DNA of 64,000 nt from Leptospiraceae bacterium (lineage in GTDB: Bacteria; Spirochaetota; Leptospiria; Leptospirales; Leptonemataceae), in contig JAVJNR010000003.1 of NCBI GenBank assembly GCA_040217195.1, forward strand, positions 448,001 to 512,000. Direction: 5' to 3'. The notes beneath the pieces were generated by a model. It saw only the letters and a program-made list of their open reading frames with translations, did no database searches and was not told where the DNA came from. Shown here in pieces: positions 10,558 to 20,081 of this stretch. Position 1 is the first letter of the stretch. Each line of letters begins with the position of its first letter. A program made the translations under genes and the position numbers.

Positions 10558-11782
10558 TGGTATCGGTGAAAAAGGTAACCATACGCGACCACCCTGCCCT
10601 GTCTAGCTTTCTGGGCGCATCAGGGTTCCGCTTCAGTTTTCCATCCTCATAATAGAGGTATTGATCGGCAGGCAGCACTCTGTAAAGAGGTCTTTTACCG
10701 CTACGATCAATGTATACCATCACAGGCACATAGTTCACATCTTTGATTATTAAGCCTCCGCCCTCCTTGCGTACAGTAAACTGAAAGATCATTCCCCCAT
10801 CGGTGTACCTTCGAATTTGATGAGAAACAAAATTACCCAGTGAATACGCAATTAATACAGGACGCAGACTACCATCGGCATTTTTCACATATCTTTTTTC
10901 GAAAGGCTGTAAAACGTGCGGATGGCCCCCGATGACTATGTCAGCACCTGCACTCACTGCCACGTTAACCATTTGCTTTTGATAGTTATTTGGCTGCCGC
11001 GTATATTCCGCTCCGTAATGAAACAGTACCATCTTCAAATCAACATTCATTGTAGAAGCTTTCTTTAGATCCATGCGAATTTGATCCGGATGTATATGGT
11101 TGATTCTTACACCAGGGGGAACCGGTATTCCATTTGTACCATAGGTATAATTCAGCATTGCGATTCGGAAACCATTCTTTTCCACCACAGGAATGGGGTT
11201 TTCTTTGTAGCTCTTCATGTCCGGGTAAACACCCAGGCCAACCATGCCCAGTTTCTGCACTACATTGAATGTACGTATGACTCCAGCTTTTCCGGTGTCC
11301 ACAGTATGATTGTTCGCAAGGGTCAAAACATCGAAGCCAGCTTCCTTCATGGCCCGGGCATAGGCATCCGGACTTCCAAACAATGGATACCCATTGTATT
11401 TTTCAGGTTTTCCTGGCAATGTTACCTCCAGGTTTCCAATAGCGATGTCAGCCTTCTGAAAGATCGCGGCCGTATCTTCGAAGACAGAGGAGTAATCATA
11501 GCATTTGCATTCCGGGTCGTAAGCGCTCTTGATTTGCTCATCATGTCCCATTAAATCGCCCACCACTGCAAACCTGACCTCGGATCCAGTGGGAGCCGAC
11601 CATAGAGGCGAAGCACTAAAAGGAGCGCACAGACCAAAAGCAAGAATGAATGCGCTTATTGCTGCGGTTAAATGGGGAAACTCCGGAAAACCCTTCCGGA
11701 CCCTCCCATATGTCAGAAATTCTGTGCGAATCCGGGATTTCTGCCCTTGCAACCGATTCTTTTTGTCATTTACACGTTTCAT
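10517..11782 (-). CDS. CapA/PGA_cap family metallophosphatase-fold exported protein
   Basis: VGDLM, NLE, LANNH, HYGAEY, GGHPH, YSLGNF; start uncertain. Confidence 0.9.
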   Translation of the reverse strand: MKRVNDKKNRLQGQKSRIRTEFLTYGRVRKGFPEFPHLTAAISAFILAFGLCAPFSASPLWSAPTGSEVRFAVVGDLMGHDEQIKSAYDPECKCYDYSSVFEDTAAIFQKADIAIGNLEVTLPGKPEKYNGYPLFGSPDAYARAMKEAGFDVLTLANNHTVDTGKAGVIRTFNVVQKLGMVGLGVYPDMKSYKENPIPVVEKNGFRIAMLNYTYGTNGIPVPPGVRINHIHPDQIRMDLKKASTMNVDLKMVLFHYGAEYTRQPNNYQKQMVNVAVSAGADIVIGGHPHVLQPFEKRYVKNADGSLRPVLIAYSLGNFVSHQIRRYTDGGMIFQFTVRKEGGGLIIKDVNYVPVMVYIDRSGKRPLYRVLPADQYLYYEDGKLKRNPDAPRKLDRAGWSRMVTFFTDTSAHLRESRENASP

Positions 11783-11802
11783 AGTAGGGAGCCTCTGGCA
11801 CA

Positions 11803-13029
11803 ATGGATCAATACCGGAGCTGGAAGAACAAAGCAATTCTTTATTGCAAGGGAATGGCCATGGGTTCGGCCGATATCATTCCTGGAGTTTCCGGTGGAAC
11901 CATCGCATTGATCAGCGGCATATATGAGCATCTAATTGGAGCCATCAGTTATGTAAAGCCTTCCCATGCCCTGGATGTATTCCGTTTACTTCTGCCATCC
12001 CGGAGAGCCGAGGCCTGGAGAAACCTGAGAGGTATTCATTGGAGCTTTATCATTCCACTGGCTCTGGGAATCGTATCTGGCCTGGCAATCATGATTCAGA
12101 TCATTCCTTACGTTCTTGAAAACTATACATTTGAGACTTACAGCGTTTTCTTTGGACTCATTCTATTTTCCATCACGGTGCCCTACAAGAAGATGGATAA
12201 AGGCATGAAGGAATTCGTAGCTGCGCTTCTGTTTGCCCTATTAACATTTCTGGTGGTTGGTCTGAGCACTGTAGAGAATTTAAAGACTGAAGTAGTCCAG
12301 ATAGAGAATGAAAAGGTCAGCACCGTTCTGGAAATGCGGACAGATGCCAAGGGCTCCATTGAAATACCGGCTCGTCCAGGTGATTTTGAAATCTATGTCT
12401 TTGATTCTGAAGGAAATAGAAAGTCATTTCCTCTGAGCATAGCAGAGAAGAAAGTCGAAAGCGAAAATGAAACCGAAGCCGCAGAGAAATGGTCCGTTCG
12501 CTCTGAAGTAAAGGCCGTGGGCGAACTGGAAGTACTATTTCGCCTGAAAGGAGATAAGATCAAGGCAACGTTTTCCGAACAGGCATCCACGTCCCTGGGC
12601 TACATCTTTCTTTGTGGTGCTCTGGCCATATCTGCCATGATACTTCCTGGAATTTCTGGAGCTTACATTTTAGTGTTGATGGGTGAATATAAATTCATCC
12701 TGGAGTCCATTGAAAGCCGGGATCTTGTGGTTCTGGGTAGCTTTGCTGCCGGTCTACTGGTAGGAATATTATCTATAGTCAGGGTTCTCAAGTATATGCT
12801 GGAAAAGCATCATTCTTTGACCATGGCTGCATTGACTGGCATTATGATTGGCAGCTTGCGAAAGATCTGGCCAGGACACTACATATCAGGTGCTCCGGAC
12901 ACTTCGACATTGCTCACCGCAGTGGCCCTGGCAGCTGCCGGTGCTGCTTTACTTTTTCTACTGGAACTACTATCCACCAGGCTTCAAGACCCGGAGCCTC
13001 CTACAGATTCTAAGGACCAGGGGAAATGA
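11803..13029 (+). CDS. DUF368 family membrane protein (undecaprenyl-phosphate translocase-like) with an internal soluble insertion
   Basis: GMAMGSADIIPGVSGGTIA and AMILPGISGA repeats; GSLRKIWP. Confidence 0.88.
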   Translation: MDQYRSWKNKAILYCKGMAMGSADIIPGVSGGTIALISGIYEHLIGAISYVKPSHALDVFRLLLPSRRAEAWRNLRGIHWSFIIPLALGIVSGLAIMIQIIPYVLENYTFETYSVFFGLILFSITVPYKKMDKGMKEFVAALLFALLTFLVVGLSTVENLKTEVVQIENEKVSTVLEMRTDAKGSIEIPARPGDFEIYVFDSEGNRKSFPLSIAEKKVESENETEAAEKWSVRSEVKAVGELEVLFRLKGDKIKATFSEQASTSLGYIFLCGALAISAMILPGISGAYILVLMGEYKFILESIESRDLVVLGSFAAGLLVGILSIVRVLKYMLEKHHSLTMAALTGIMIGSLRKIWPGHYISGAPDTSTLLTAVALAAAGAALLFLLELLSTRLQDPEPPTDSKDQGK

Positions 13030-13175
13030 TCTGGCCCGATTGAGCCTCGCTCCTTTCGGGCCAGCAGCCCTGCATCCACTCGGGCTTACTAAAGCTCCAG
13101 GGCCGTATGCCAGTTCTTTTCTCTAATCTGCCTTCAATTCATCCAGAATTGCCTATAAACCTTGCTGTTTCTATT

Positions 13176-13204
13176 TGCATTTTTCCGGACCAGACCTTAG
13201 TCTT
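13176..13204 (+). promoter_or_regulatory. Putative sigma70 promoter of the FAD oxidoreductase
   Basis: TTGCAT-N17-TAGTCT. Confidence 0.35.
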
Positions 13205-13311
13205 ATGCAATGCAGGTTTTACCAGGACTCCGCATCGGAGCTTTGCCGGGACTGGATAATCCGAGGCAATAGGATGTTCCTGATGAGGAATCTGCGAATA
13301 GATGGGCCCAA

Positions 13312-14703
13312 ATGAAAGCGAATCAAAAAGATTTCATCGCTGAAATTCAAAGGATTCCAGGCCTTCGTACAGTTCTGGAGAAATCCGAACTACAGGCCAG
13401 AAGCCGGGATCGCACCGGCAGAGGAAGCGATTCGCCACTTATACTCACAGAACCGGAAAGCACCGAACAGGTACAATCAATTATAGAGGTCTGTAGAAAA
13501 TTCAAGATCCCTGTAGTACCCCAGGGGGGAAGGACCGGCTATGCAGGGGCAGCAAGCTCTGGAGGCGATGATCTGTTATTATCTCTGGGCAAAATGAACC
13601 ATATTCTTGAACTGGATCCATATTTACCGGCCCTTCGAGTGGAGGCTGGATGCATTACACAGGAAGTTCAGGAATATGCCATTGATCAGGGCTATTACTT
13701 TCCAGTAGATTTCGCCTCTGCAGGCTCATCGCAGATAGGAGGCAATGCAGCAACCAATGCAGGCGGAATTCGTTTCATACGATACGGAGGCATGCGAAAT
13801 CACATTCTGGGACTAAAAGCGGTAACCGGCGCAGGCGAAATTCTGGAATTCAGTGGAGAAGTTTTGAAGGATAACACTGGATACAACTTGAAAGAACTGC
13901 TGGTAGGATCCGAAGGCACCCTGGCCATCATTACAGAACTAACTGTTGCCCTGAGTAAATCGCCTCCCAGCACTATTGCAGTTTTATGCGCTCATCTGAA
14001 TTTCAGAGAAGTATTAGAACTACTATCGCTGGTCAGAAAATCAGGTCTGGATTTGTATGCCTTTGAGTTCTTTGACCAGGCCTGTCTTGAACAGGTGCTG
14101 GAATATAATTCATTGAAATCCCCCTTTTCAGAAAAGGGCCATTATTATTCCCTTCTGGAATTTTCGGTGGACTCTGCTGGGGCCTCGTTTCTGGAATCTG
14201 GCTCACTGATGGAATTCTGCAGAGATGCCCTTCCAGCGGATAGTAACTCCGGAATAAAGAGGTTCTGGTCCTATCGTGAAAACATTAGCGAAAGTCTGTC
14301 TCATGGTCCGGTGCATAAGAATGATATCAGCATTCCACTGCGAAGCATTCCGGAATATGTAGAGGAACTGGAGGGATTGCTCAAAAGTAAGATCCCCAAT
14401 GTTAAGTGCTATCTATTTGGCCACATAGGTGATGGCAATATTCATATTAACCTGAAGCCCACATCCGAATCGGAAAACTTTGAACAGGATTGCTCCTATT
14501 TCGATGAACTGAACACAGAACTAATACAGAGGTTTCACGGATCTATAAGCGCAGAGCATGGAATCGGTACTTTGAAGAAAGAATCTCTGAAAAAGGTCCG
14601 TAGCCCTTATGAAATGCAGCTAATGCGAGATATCAAGACAAGCTTCGATCCAGATCATATATTGAACCCCGGAAAGATCTTTGATATGATAGACAATTCA
14701 TGA
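13312..14703 (+). CDS. FAD-linked oxidase (D-2-hydroxyacid/D-lactate dehydrogenase family)
   Basis: PQGGRTG, IGGNAATNAGG, GSEGTL, GHIGDGNIH, SAEHGIG, NPGK. Confidence 0.92.
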   Translation: MKANQKDFIAEIQRIPGLRTVLEKSELQARSRDRTGRGSDSPLILTEPESTEQVQSIIEVCRKFKIPVVPQGGRTGYAGAASSGGDDLLLSLGKMNHILELDPYLPALRVEAGCITQEVQEYAIDQGYYFPVDFASAGSSQIGGNAATNAGGIRFIRYGGMRNHILGLKAVTGAGEILEFSGEVLKDNTGYNLKELLVGSEGTLAIITELTVALSKSPPSTIAVLCAHLNFREVLELLSLVRKSGLDLYAFEFFDQACLEQVLEYNSLKSPFSEKGHYYSLLEFSVDSAGASFLESGSLMEFCRDALPADSNSGIKRFWSYRENISESLSHGPVHKNDISIPLRSIPEYVEELEGLLKSKIPNVKCYLFGHIGDGNIHINLKPTSESENFEQDCSYFDELNTELIQRFHGSISAEHGIGTLKKESLKKVRSPYEMQLMRDIKTSFDPDHILNPGKIFDMIDNS

Positions 14704-14837
14704 ATCCGGTTTGGTAATTCCTATTTATCAGCCTGGACAAAGCGACTATCAAAGCCCAGGATTCGCTTTTTGCTTAACTATCTACTTTCGATGGATTTTT
14801 TCCTTTTCCCTCCATGCCCCCTTCCTAAGCTTCCAAT

Positions 14838-16703
14838 GTGAACCGCATCCAAGATTATGCCCTTATCGGAGATTGTCACTCCAGCGCCCTGGTGGGAAAA
14901 GATGGATCCATCGACTGGTGTGTATTTCCTCGCTTTGACTCTCCTTCCGTATTCAGTAAGATACTGGATGAAAAGAAAGGCGGTTTTTATCGAATTCATG
15001 CGAAAGACTACTCCAGGGTAGAAAGATCCTACAGCCCAGATACCAATATTCTGGAAACAGATTTCCATACAGAAGAAGGCATTCTTCATCTCCAGGATTG
15101 CATGCCCGTGCATCCGCTGGACCCCACACGTCCGGCAAGAGTTGAGGCCTATGGTTCCGTTCTTCGCAAGGCCACCTGCACGGAAGGCTCAGCAACGGTG
15201 GAGGTCATGATTCAGGCTGCTTTTGAGTACGGAAGCTTCGTTCCCCGATTCAGAAGTACATCATCCACGACTGCAGAAATCACTGGCGGGGCCGATGCCC
15301 TCTGGATTACATGCAGCCATCCCATTAACAGCAATCATGAATGCATTTCCGCTACTGTGGATCTACAGGAAGGCGAAAGCTTGATCATCGATTTGCAATG
15401 GCTACCCTCGATAGATGAGCGAAAGCCAGAACAGCATCCTACCCTGGAAGACCTGGAAACCAGACTGAAACAGACTCGAACATTCTGGAAAACCTGGATC
15501 AGCAAATGCAAATACTCGGGTCCCTATGAAGAGCCAATCAAGCGAAGCGCCCTGGCTCTAAAAGCAATGACCTATGCACCTTCTGGCGCGGTGGTTGCAG
15601 CCCCCACCACATCCCTGCCCGAGCAGATGGGAGGAGAAAGAAACTGGGACTATCGCTATACCTGGATTCGAGACAGTACACTTACGTTGATTTCTCTGAT
15701 GATTCTTGGATTCAAATCCGAAGCAGATGCATTTCGTCACTGGCTGCGTCGCACATCGGCAGGACGCCCCCAGGATCTTCAAATAATGTATGGAATCGAT
15801 GGCAGAAGATCTTTGCCGGAGCAGGAGTTGAGCCATCTGGCGGGCCACCGTTCATCCAGACCGGTTCGGATTGGAAATGGTGCAGTAAAACAACTACAGC
15901 TCGATGCTTACGGATCTCTGCTACAGGCGGTACATCTTTATGCAAGATTGGGTGGCGAAGTAAGTCCCAGTAACTGGCATTATCTTTCTGGACTGGCCGA
16001 GATTGTGACCCGGCGCTGGGAACTTCCGGACCAGGGAATCTGGGAGATCCGAGATCAGCCCCGGCACTTTATTCATTCAAAATTGCTTTGCTGGGTAGCC
16101 ATGGATCGAGCTATTAAGATTGCTGAGTCCCACGGTTTTGAAGCTCCCTTTGAATCCTGGAAAAATCACCGAGACAGTATACGCAATTATCTAATGGAGG
16201 ATGCCACGCGAAAGGGCTGGTTCTCCCAGCATACCGATGGCGAAGAGGCCGATGCATCGTCTCTTCTGGTGCCGGCCATGGGCTTTCTTCCACCTACCCA
16301 TCCGCTGGTCCTGGGAACCATTGAAAAGATTCGAGCCACTCTGGAAAATAAGGGACTGGTCTACAGGTATAAGAGTCCCGATGGACTGAAAGGTGAAGAA
16401 GGAGGATTTCTACTTTGCTCCTTCTGGCTTCTAGATGCGCTGATCCATGCCCGAAAACTCAAGGAATCCAGGAGTCTTCTGGAACGACTGATTCAACTGG
16501 AAAATGACTGTGGACTTTATGCTGAAGAAGCCATTCCGGATACCGGAGAGGCCCTGGGAAACTTTCCTCAGGCATTTACACATATGGCGCTGGTAACTTC
16601 CTGCACCCACTGGACCGCAGCTCTGGAGGATCATTTGCCTCCCGGAAATGAAGCCTATGATTTTGCCGAGTTCGCCATGCGATTGATGCAGGAAAGGAAA
16701 TGA
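14838..16703 (+). CDS. Glycoside hydrolase family 15 (trehalase/glucoamylase-like)
   Basis: IQDYALIGD, RNWDYRYTWIRD, QLQLDAYG, GIWEIR, GNFPQAFTH. Confidence 0.93.
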   Translation: MNRIQDYALIGDCHSSALVGKDGSIDWCVFPRFDSPSVFSKILDEKKGGFYRIHAKDYSRVERSYSPDTNILETDFHTEEGILHLQDCMPVHPLDPTRPARVEAYGSVLRKATCTEGSATVEVMIQAAFEYGSFVPRFRSTSSTTAEITGGADALWITCSHPINSNHECISATVDLQEGESLIIDLQWLPSIDERKPEQHPTLEDLETRLKQTRTFWKTWISKCKYSGPYEEPIKRSALALKAMTYAPSGAVVAAPTTSLPEQMGGERNWDYRYTWIRDSTLTLISLMILGFKSEADAFRHWLRRTSAGRPQDLQIMYGIDGRRSLPEQELSHLAGHRSSRPVRIGNGAVKQLQLDAYGSLLQAVHLYARLGGEVSPSNWHYLSGLAEIVTRRWELPDQGIWEIRDQPRHFIHSKLLCWVAMDRAIKIAESHGFEAPFESWKNHRDSIRNYLMEDATRKGWFSQHTDGEEADASSLLVPAMGFLPPTHPLVLGTIEKIRATLENKGLVYRYKSPDGLKGEEGGFLLCSFWLLDALIHARKLKESRSLLERLIQLENDCGLYAEEAIPDTGEALGNFPQAFTHMALVTSCTHWTAALEDHLPPGNEAYDFAEFAMRLMQERK

Positions 16704-16833
16704 ATCTTTTCGCTTGCCTTTTTAGCCGAATCTTTCATGATCCGCCGATCCATATTTGTGCACTGACTACCCCGAAGGCGATACAGGGGTAGAGACCTTT
16801 AATCATTGCACGATTTTTCATTTTGAGGTATAT

Positions 16834-17316
16834 ATGAACTCCAGAAAGACTAAAATCCTGCTTTCACTTCTGATTTCTATGTTTGTGGTTTCGGCTACAA
16901 CAGACTGCGCATTCCAGCGTATGCGTGAAAATCTCAAGAACTGTGAATTTGACCTGGACTCGGTTTCCATTAAGAGCATGAGCTTTACCAGCGTTGAGCT
17001 GGCCGTTGACGTTGGAATTGAGAATCCAAATTCAGAGCAGGTTATCCTTGATAAGCTTGTTTTTGATCTATATGGCGGAGACCGTAAACTGGGCTCGGGT
17101 AAACACAATGAAACAGCTGTAATCCCTCCCTCCGAGCGAAAGGTAGTCAGCATCGATTTCAGCGCTTCTCTATCGGAAGTGGGAATGGGCCTTTTGCAAA
17201 ACTTAAAGAGCGGCCAGGCAACCTATCGCATGGAAGGGACGGCCTACCTGAAGACCTTTCTGGGCGAAGTGCCAATTCCATTTAGCATCGAAAAAGACCT
17301 CAGCAAGCAAAACTAG
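16834..17316 (+). CDS. LEA type 2 (WHy) domain lipoprotein
   Basis: SD GAGG; signal peptide plus Cys; IENPN motif; beta-sandwich pattern. Confidence 0.8.
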   Translation: MNSRKTKILLSLLISMFVVSATTDCAFQRMRENLKNCEFDLDSVSIKSMSFTSVELAVDVGIENPNSEQVILDKLVFDLYGGDRKLGSGKHNETAVIPPSERKVVSIDFSASLSEVGMGLLQNLKSGQATYRMEGTAYLKTFLGEVPIPFSIEKDLSKQN

Positions 17317-17508
17317 GATCCAGTCCCTTTTTTCGGCACTAATCCATGCTCTTCATCGGGCCCTTTCAGGACATCTAGAATCCCGGCGCTCTATTCCGGC
17401 GCCGGCGGCTTTTCTACCGATTTATATGAGCGTTTTAGTCTGGTCTAAATCGGTGGATTGAGTCTGCTTGAAAGCAGGGGTTTGAGCCTGCGGATAATTC
17501 ATTGCGTT

Positions 17509-18123
17509 TTAAGCCATGGAACGAAGAGTTCGAGGTGGCAAGAGTGCTTCCAGAACAGCCCCTGAATTATCAATTGTGAACCGCACTGCCCCTGCCTTTT
17601 TAATCTGGAAACTCATGGCCCCTTCCACAACCGTATGCTCGCCTTCATCCGAAGGTAGCCAGTGCTGGAGCTCAGAGAAAGTTTCCATATGCGGCTCCCT
17701 GGTATTCCAGAGCCTGGAGTAATCCGGTATTCGATGCAAATTCAGCAGCAGCGCGCAGGTTTCTGAAATATCTGGCTCATGTCCAAAGATCAAAAGCGCT
17801 TCAGTCTCCCCCAGGCTTGAATATATCATTGCTTTGAGATAATCCAGGCAGTTGGCACCGGGCCTTAAAGTTTCCTCGGTTTCGGAATTAGCCTTCCCTC
17901 CATAGGCTTTCCAGAATACCTCGGCGGTCTGGCGAGCCCGGATGGCAGGGGAAGTCAACGAACGGGGCACTTCTGTCCTATCTTTTAGTAACCGGCTCAG
18001 ACCTTTCATGGCCTGGAGGGCTTTTTCCGTCCCACTTCGGGTCAATGGCCTTTCCAGATCGGAACCACTGAATTCTTCCCTTTCCATGGCTATTCCGTGT
18101 CGAATTAGGTACACGGTTCGCAT
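17509..18123 (-). CDS. SixA-like histidine phosphatase
   Basis: LIRHG, RPLT..G, SP..RA.QTA, GHEP. Confidence 0.88.
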   Translation of the reverse strand: MRTVYLIRHGIAMEREEFSGSDLERPLTRSGTEKALQAMKGLSRLLKDRTEVPRSLTSPAIRARQTAEVFWKAYGGKANSETEETLRPGANCLDYLKAMIYSSLGETEALLIFGHEPDISETCALLLNLHRIPDYSRLWNTREPHMETFSELQHWLPSDEGEHTVVEGAMSFQIKKAGAVRFTIDNSGAVLEALLPPRTLRSMA

Positions 18124-18173
18124 GCAATTGAATTTGAATTTGTGCGCCACAGCGTCTATTTTTTTCTGGGAGT

Positions 18174-19025
18174 ATGTGGCAGAAGATCCGGGCTTACCTG
18201 GATGAAAAACTCGTTAGACCCTTCCGGGAATCGCATGCTCCGGTGCAGGAACTGGCGCGGGGCGGAGCCATCGGCATGTTCTGGGCCATGACTCCGCTGG
18301 TGGGAGTGCAGATGTATCTGGTCACTATGAGCTGGTTGCTTCTGAAACTGGTTCGCTGGAAAATGAACCTGGCGGTAGGCCTGGCCATGGTCTGGATCAG
18401 TAATCCAATAACCATGGGACCCATGTATTATGCCTTCTACAAAATAGGCTACATTACATTTGATATGCTTGGACTAAATCCAATGGTGATCACATTTGAG
18501 AATTTCGAAGGAGTGCTCAAAACAGCCATGAGTCAGAATCTCCTGGATGGATTGATGACCTGGGGACAATTCTTGCTGAATGATCTGGGATGGCCCACAA
18601 TGGTGGGCGGACTTATTCTTGCCATCCCTTCAGCAGTGGCCACGTATCCTGTGACGAAGAGAATGGTGAACAAGCACCGCAGTAACCTGGCTCGCAAGGA
18701 AGGACTGACTCTCGAAGAGTGGGAAGCCAGACATATCCATAGCTTCCGGGACATTCTGAAGATAGAAAAAGAAGAGCATGAATCCGAGCGGCACAGTATG
18801 GAAGCCGCCCGTCATCCGGAAGAGTATTTTGCTTTAAGCAAGAAAACACCAAAGAGCAGTAAGCGCTCAGCAACACAGAAGAAGAAAACCAGCAAGAAAA
18901 AATCCGGCAGTAAAAATCAGAAGTTAACCGGGCAAAAAGCTAACAGCAGTGCTGCGAAAAAGAAACCTGGCCCCGGAAAAAAAACCGGCCCTCATGCCAG
19001 GACACGATCTTCCAGGTCAGCCTGA
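18174..19025 (+). CDS. DUF2062 membrane protein with a Lys/Ser-rich tail
   Basis: LARGGAIGMFWAMTPLVG, WISNPIT; basic tail of about 60 aa. Confidence 0.8.
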   Translation: MWQKIRAYLDEKLVRPFRESHAPVQELARGGAIGMFWAMTPLVGVQMYLVTMSWLLLKLVRWKMNLAVGLAMVWISNPITMGPMYYAFYKIGYITFDMLGLNPMVITFENFEGVLKTAMSQNLLDGLMTWGQFLLNDLGWPTMVGGLILAIPSAVATYPVTKRMVNKHRSNLARKEGLTLEEWEARHIHSFRDILKIEKEEHESERHSMEAARHPEEYFALSKKTPKSSKRSATQKKKTSKKKSGSKNQKLTGQKANSSAAKKKPGPGKKTGPHARTRSSRSA

Positions 19026-20039
19026 ATTGCCTGACTCAGTAATAAATCGCGCCATACTGTAGAAATCTTCAGGCTTCAAATCCTCTGCTCGGTTCGCCCA
19101 GTCTATACCGGATTGATTCGCAGCCGCTTCCAATTCATTCAATTCTTCTTCATTTGCAACGTTGTTTCTCCATGAGTTTCGCAAAGTCTTTCTCTTTCCC
19201 TGGAAACTCTTTCGTAGCAGCGGCTCCAGAACTTGCGATTCACATTTAGGCTTCACACTTTTTAGAATCAGAACGGAAGATTCAACAGAAGGAGGAGGCA
19301 AAAAGCAACCTCTGGATATAGAAGGCCCCTTGAAAGGATCCATGGAGTTTCTAACAAATACAGAAATGGAACTGCTTTTTCGAGTGTCGAGAATCCTCTG
19401 AGCATACTCTTTCTGTACGAGAAAAGCGCAGGCCCGTGGCCTTAATGCCACAGACTTTAGTAGCAATTCGGTGCTAATATAATACGGCAGATTGCCACAA
19501 ATAATACGCATTTCCGAATTGCTCGGCTGGCCCGAGGCAAACGATCGCTCCAGCCAGACCCGTGCATCGCAGTTATGCAAATGGAAACTCAGATTATTTG
19601 AGATTGTCCAGGTAGCATTTTGTGCCGATTGCCAGTCCTGGCCCAGTGTATCCGAAGGATGAATCCCCAGTTTGTCCATCCAGTGCTTCAGCGTTTCTTC
19701 GGACAAAATAGAACACAATAAAGGGTCCAGTTCCAGAGCCCGGTATTTGAATCTAGTTTCTGGAAATCTCAGTGCCAGCTCATAGATTGAGTCCCATAGA
19801 GCAAAACTGAGAGCACCGGTTCCAGGACCAATTTCCAGAATCTCAAGATCCTCTGGAGGGTCGGTATCTCCGGCATTGACTATTCGAAAGGGTAGCAGGG
19901 CCAGAACGCTCTCTGCAATCACTCGAACTGCATTCGGATCAGTAAGAAAATTCTGGCCCTTGCTTTTTAGAATGGCACCACCTCTTGCACTCAATGCCTG
20001 TTGTATTCGGGATGGACTGAAGAATGGATAGGATTGCAT
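19017..20039 (-). CDS. rsmA: 16S rRNA m6,2A dimethyltransferase
   Basis: GQNFL, EIGPGTG, GNLPYYIS, P.PSVES, KRKTLRN; alternative start 20075. Confidence 0.9.
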   Translation of the reverse strand: MQSYPFFSPSRIQQALSARGGAILKSKGQNFLTDPNAVRVIAESVLALLPFRIVNAGDTDPPEDLEILEIGPGTGALSFALWDSIYELALRFPETRFKYRALELDPLLCSILSEETLKHWMDKLGIHPSDTLGQDWQSAQNATWTISNNLSFHLHNCDARVWLERSFASGQPSNSEMRIICGNLPYYISTELLLKSVALRPRACAFLVQKEYAQRILDTRKSSSISVFVRNSMDPFKGPSISRGCFLPPPSVESSVLILKSVKPKCESQVLEPLLRKSFQGKRKTLRNSWRNNVANEEELNELEAAANQSGIDWANRAEDLKPEDFYSMARFITESGNSG

Positions 20040-20081
20040 CGGTTCTTTAATAATATTTTGCAGAGGTATCTGCACATGAAG

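Noticed and set aside
10517..11782. Poly-gamma-glutamate capsule locus
   Set aside because: capB and capC are absent
13281..13320. CTGATGAG...GAAA hammerhead ribozyme core
   Set aside because: Stems II and III cannot be formed; TTCCT-gatg-AGGAA is a simple hairpin
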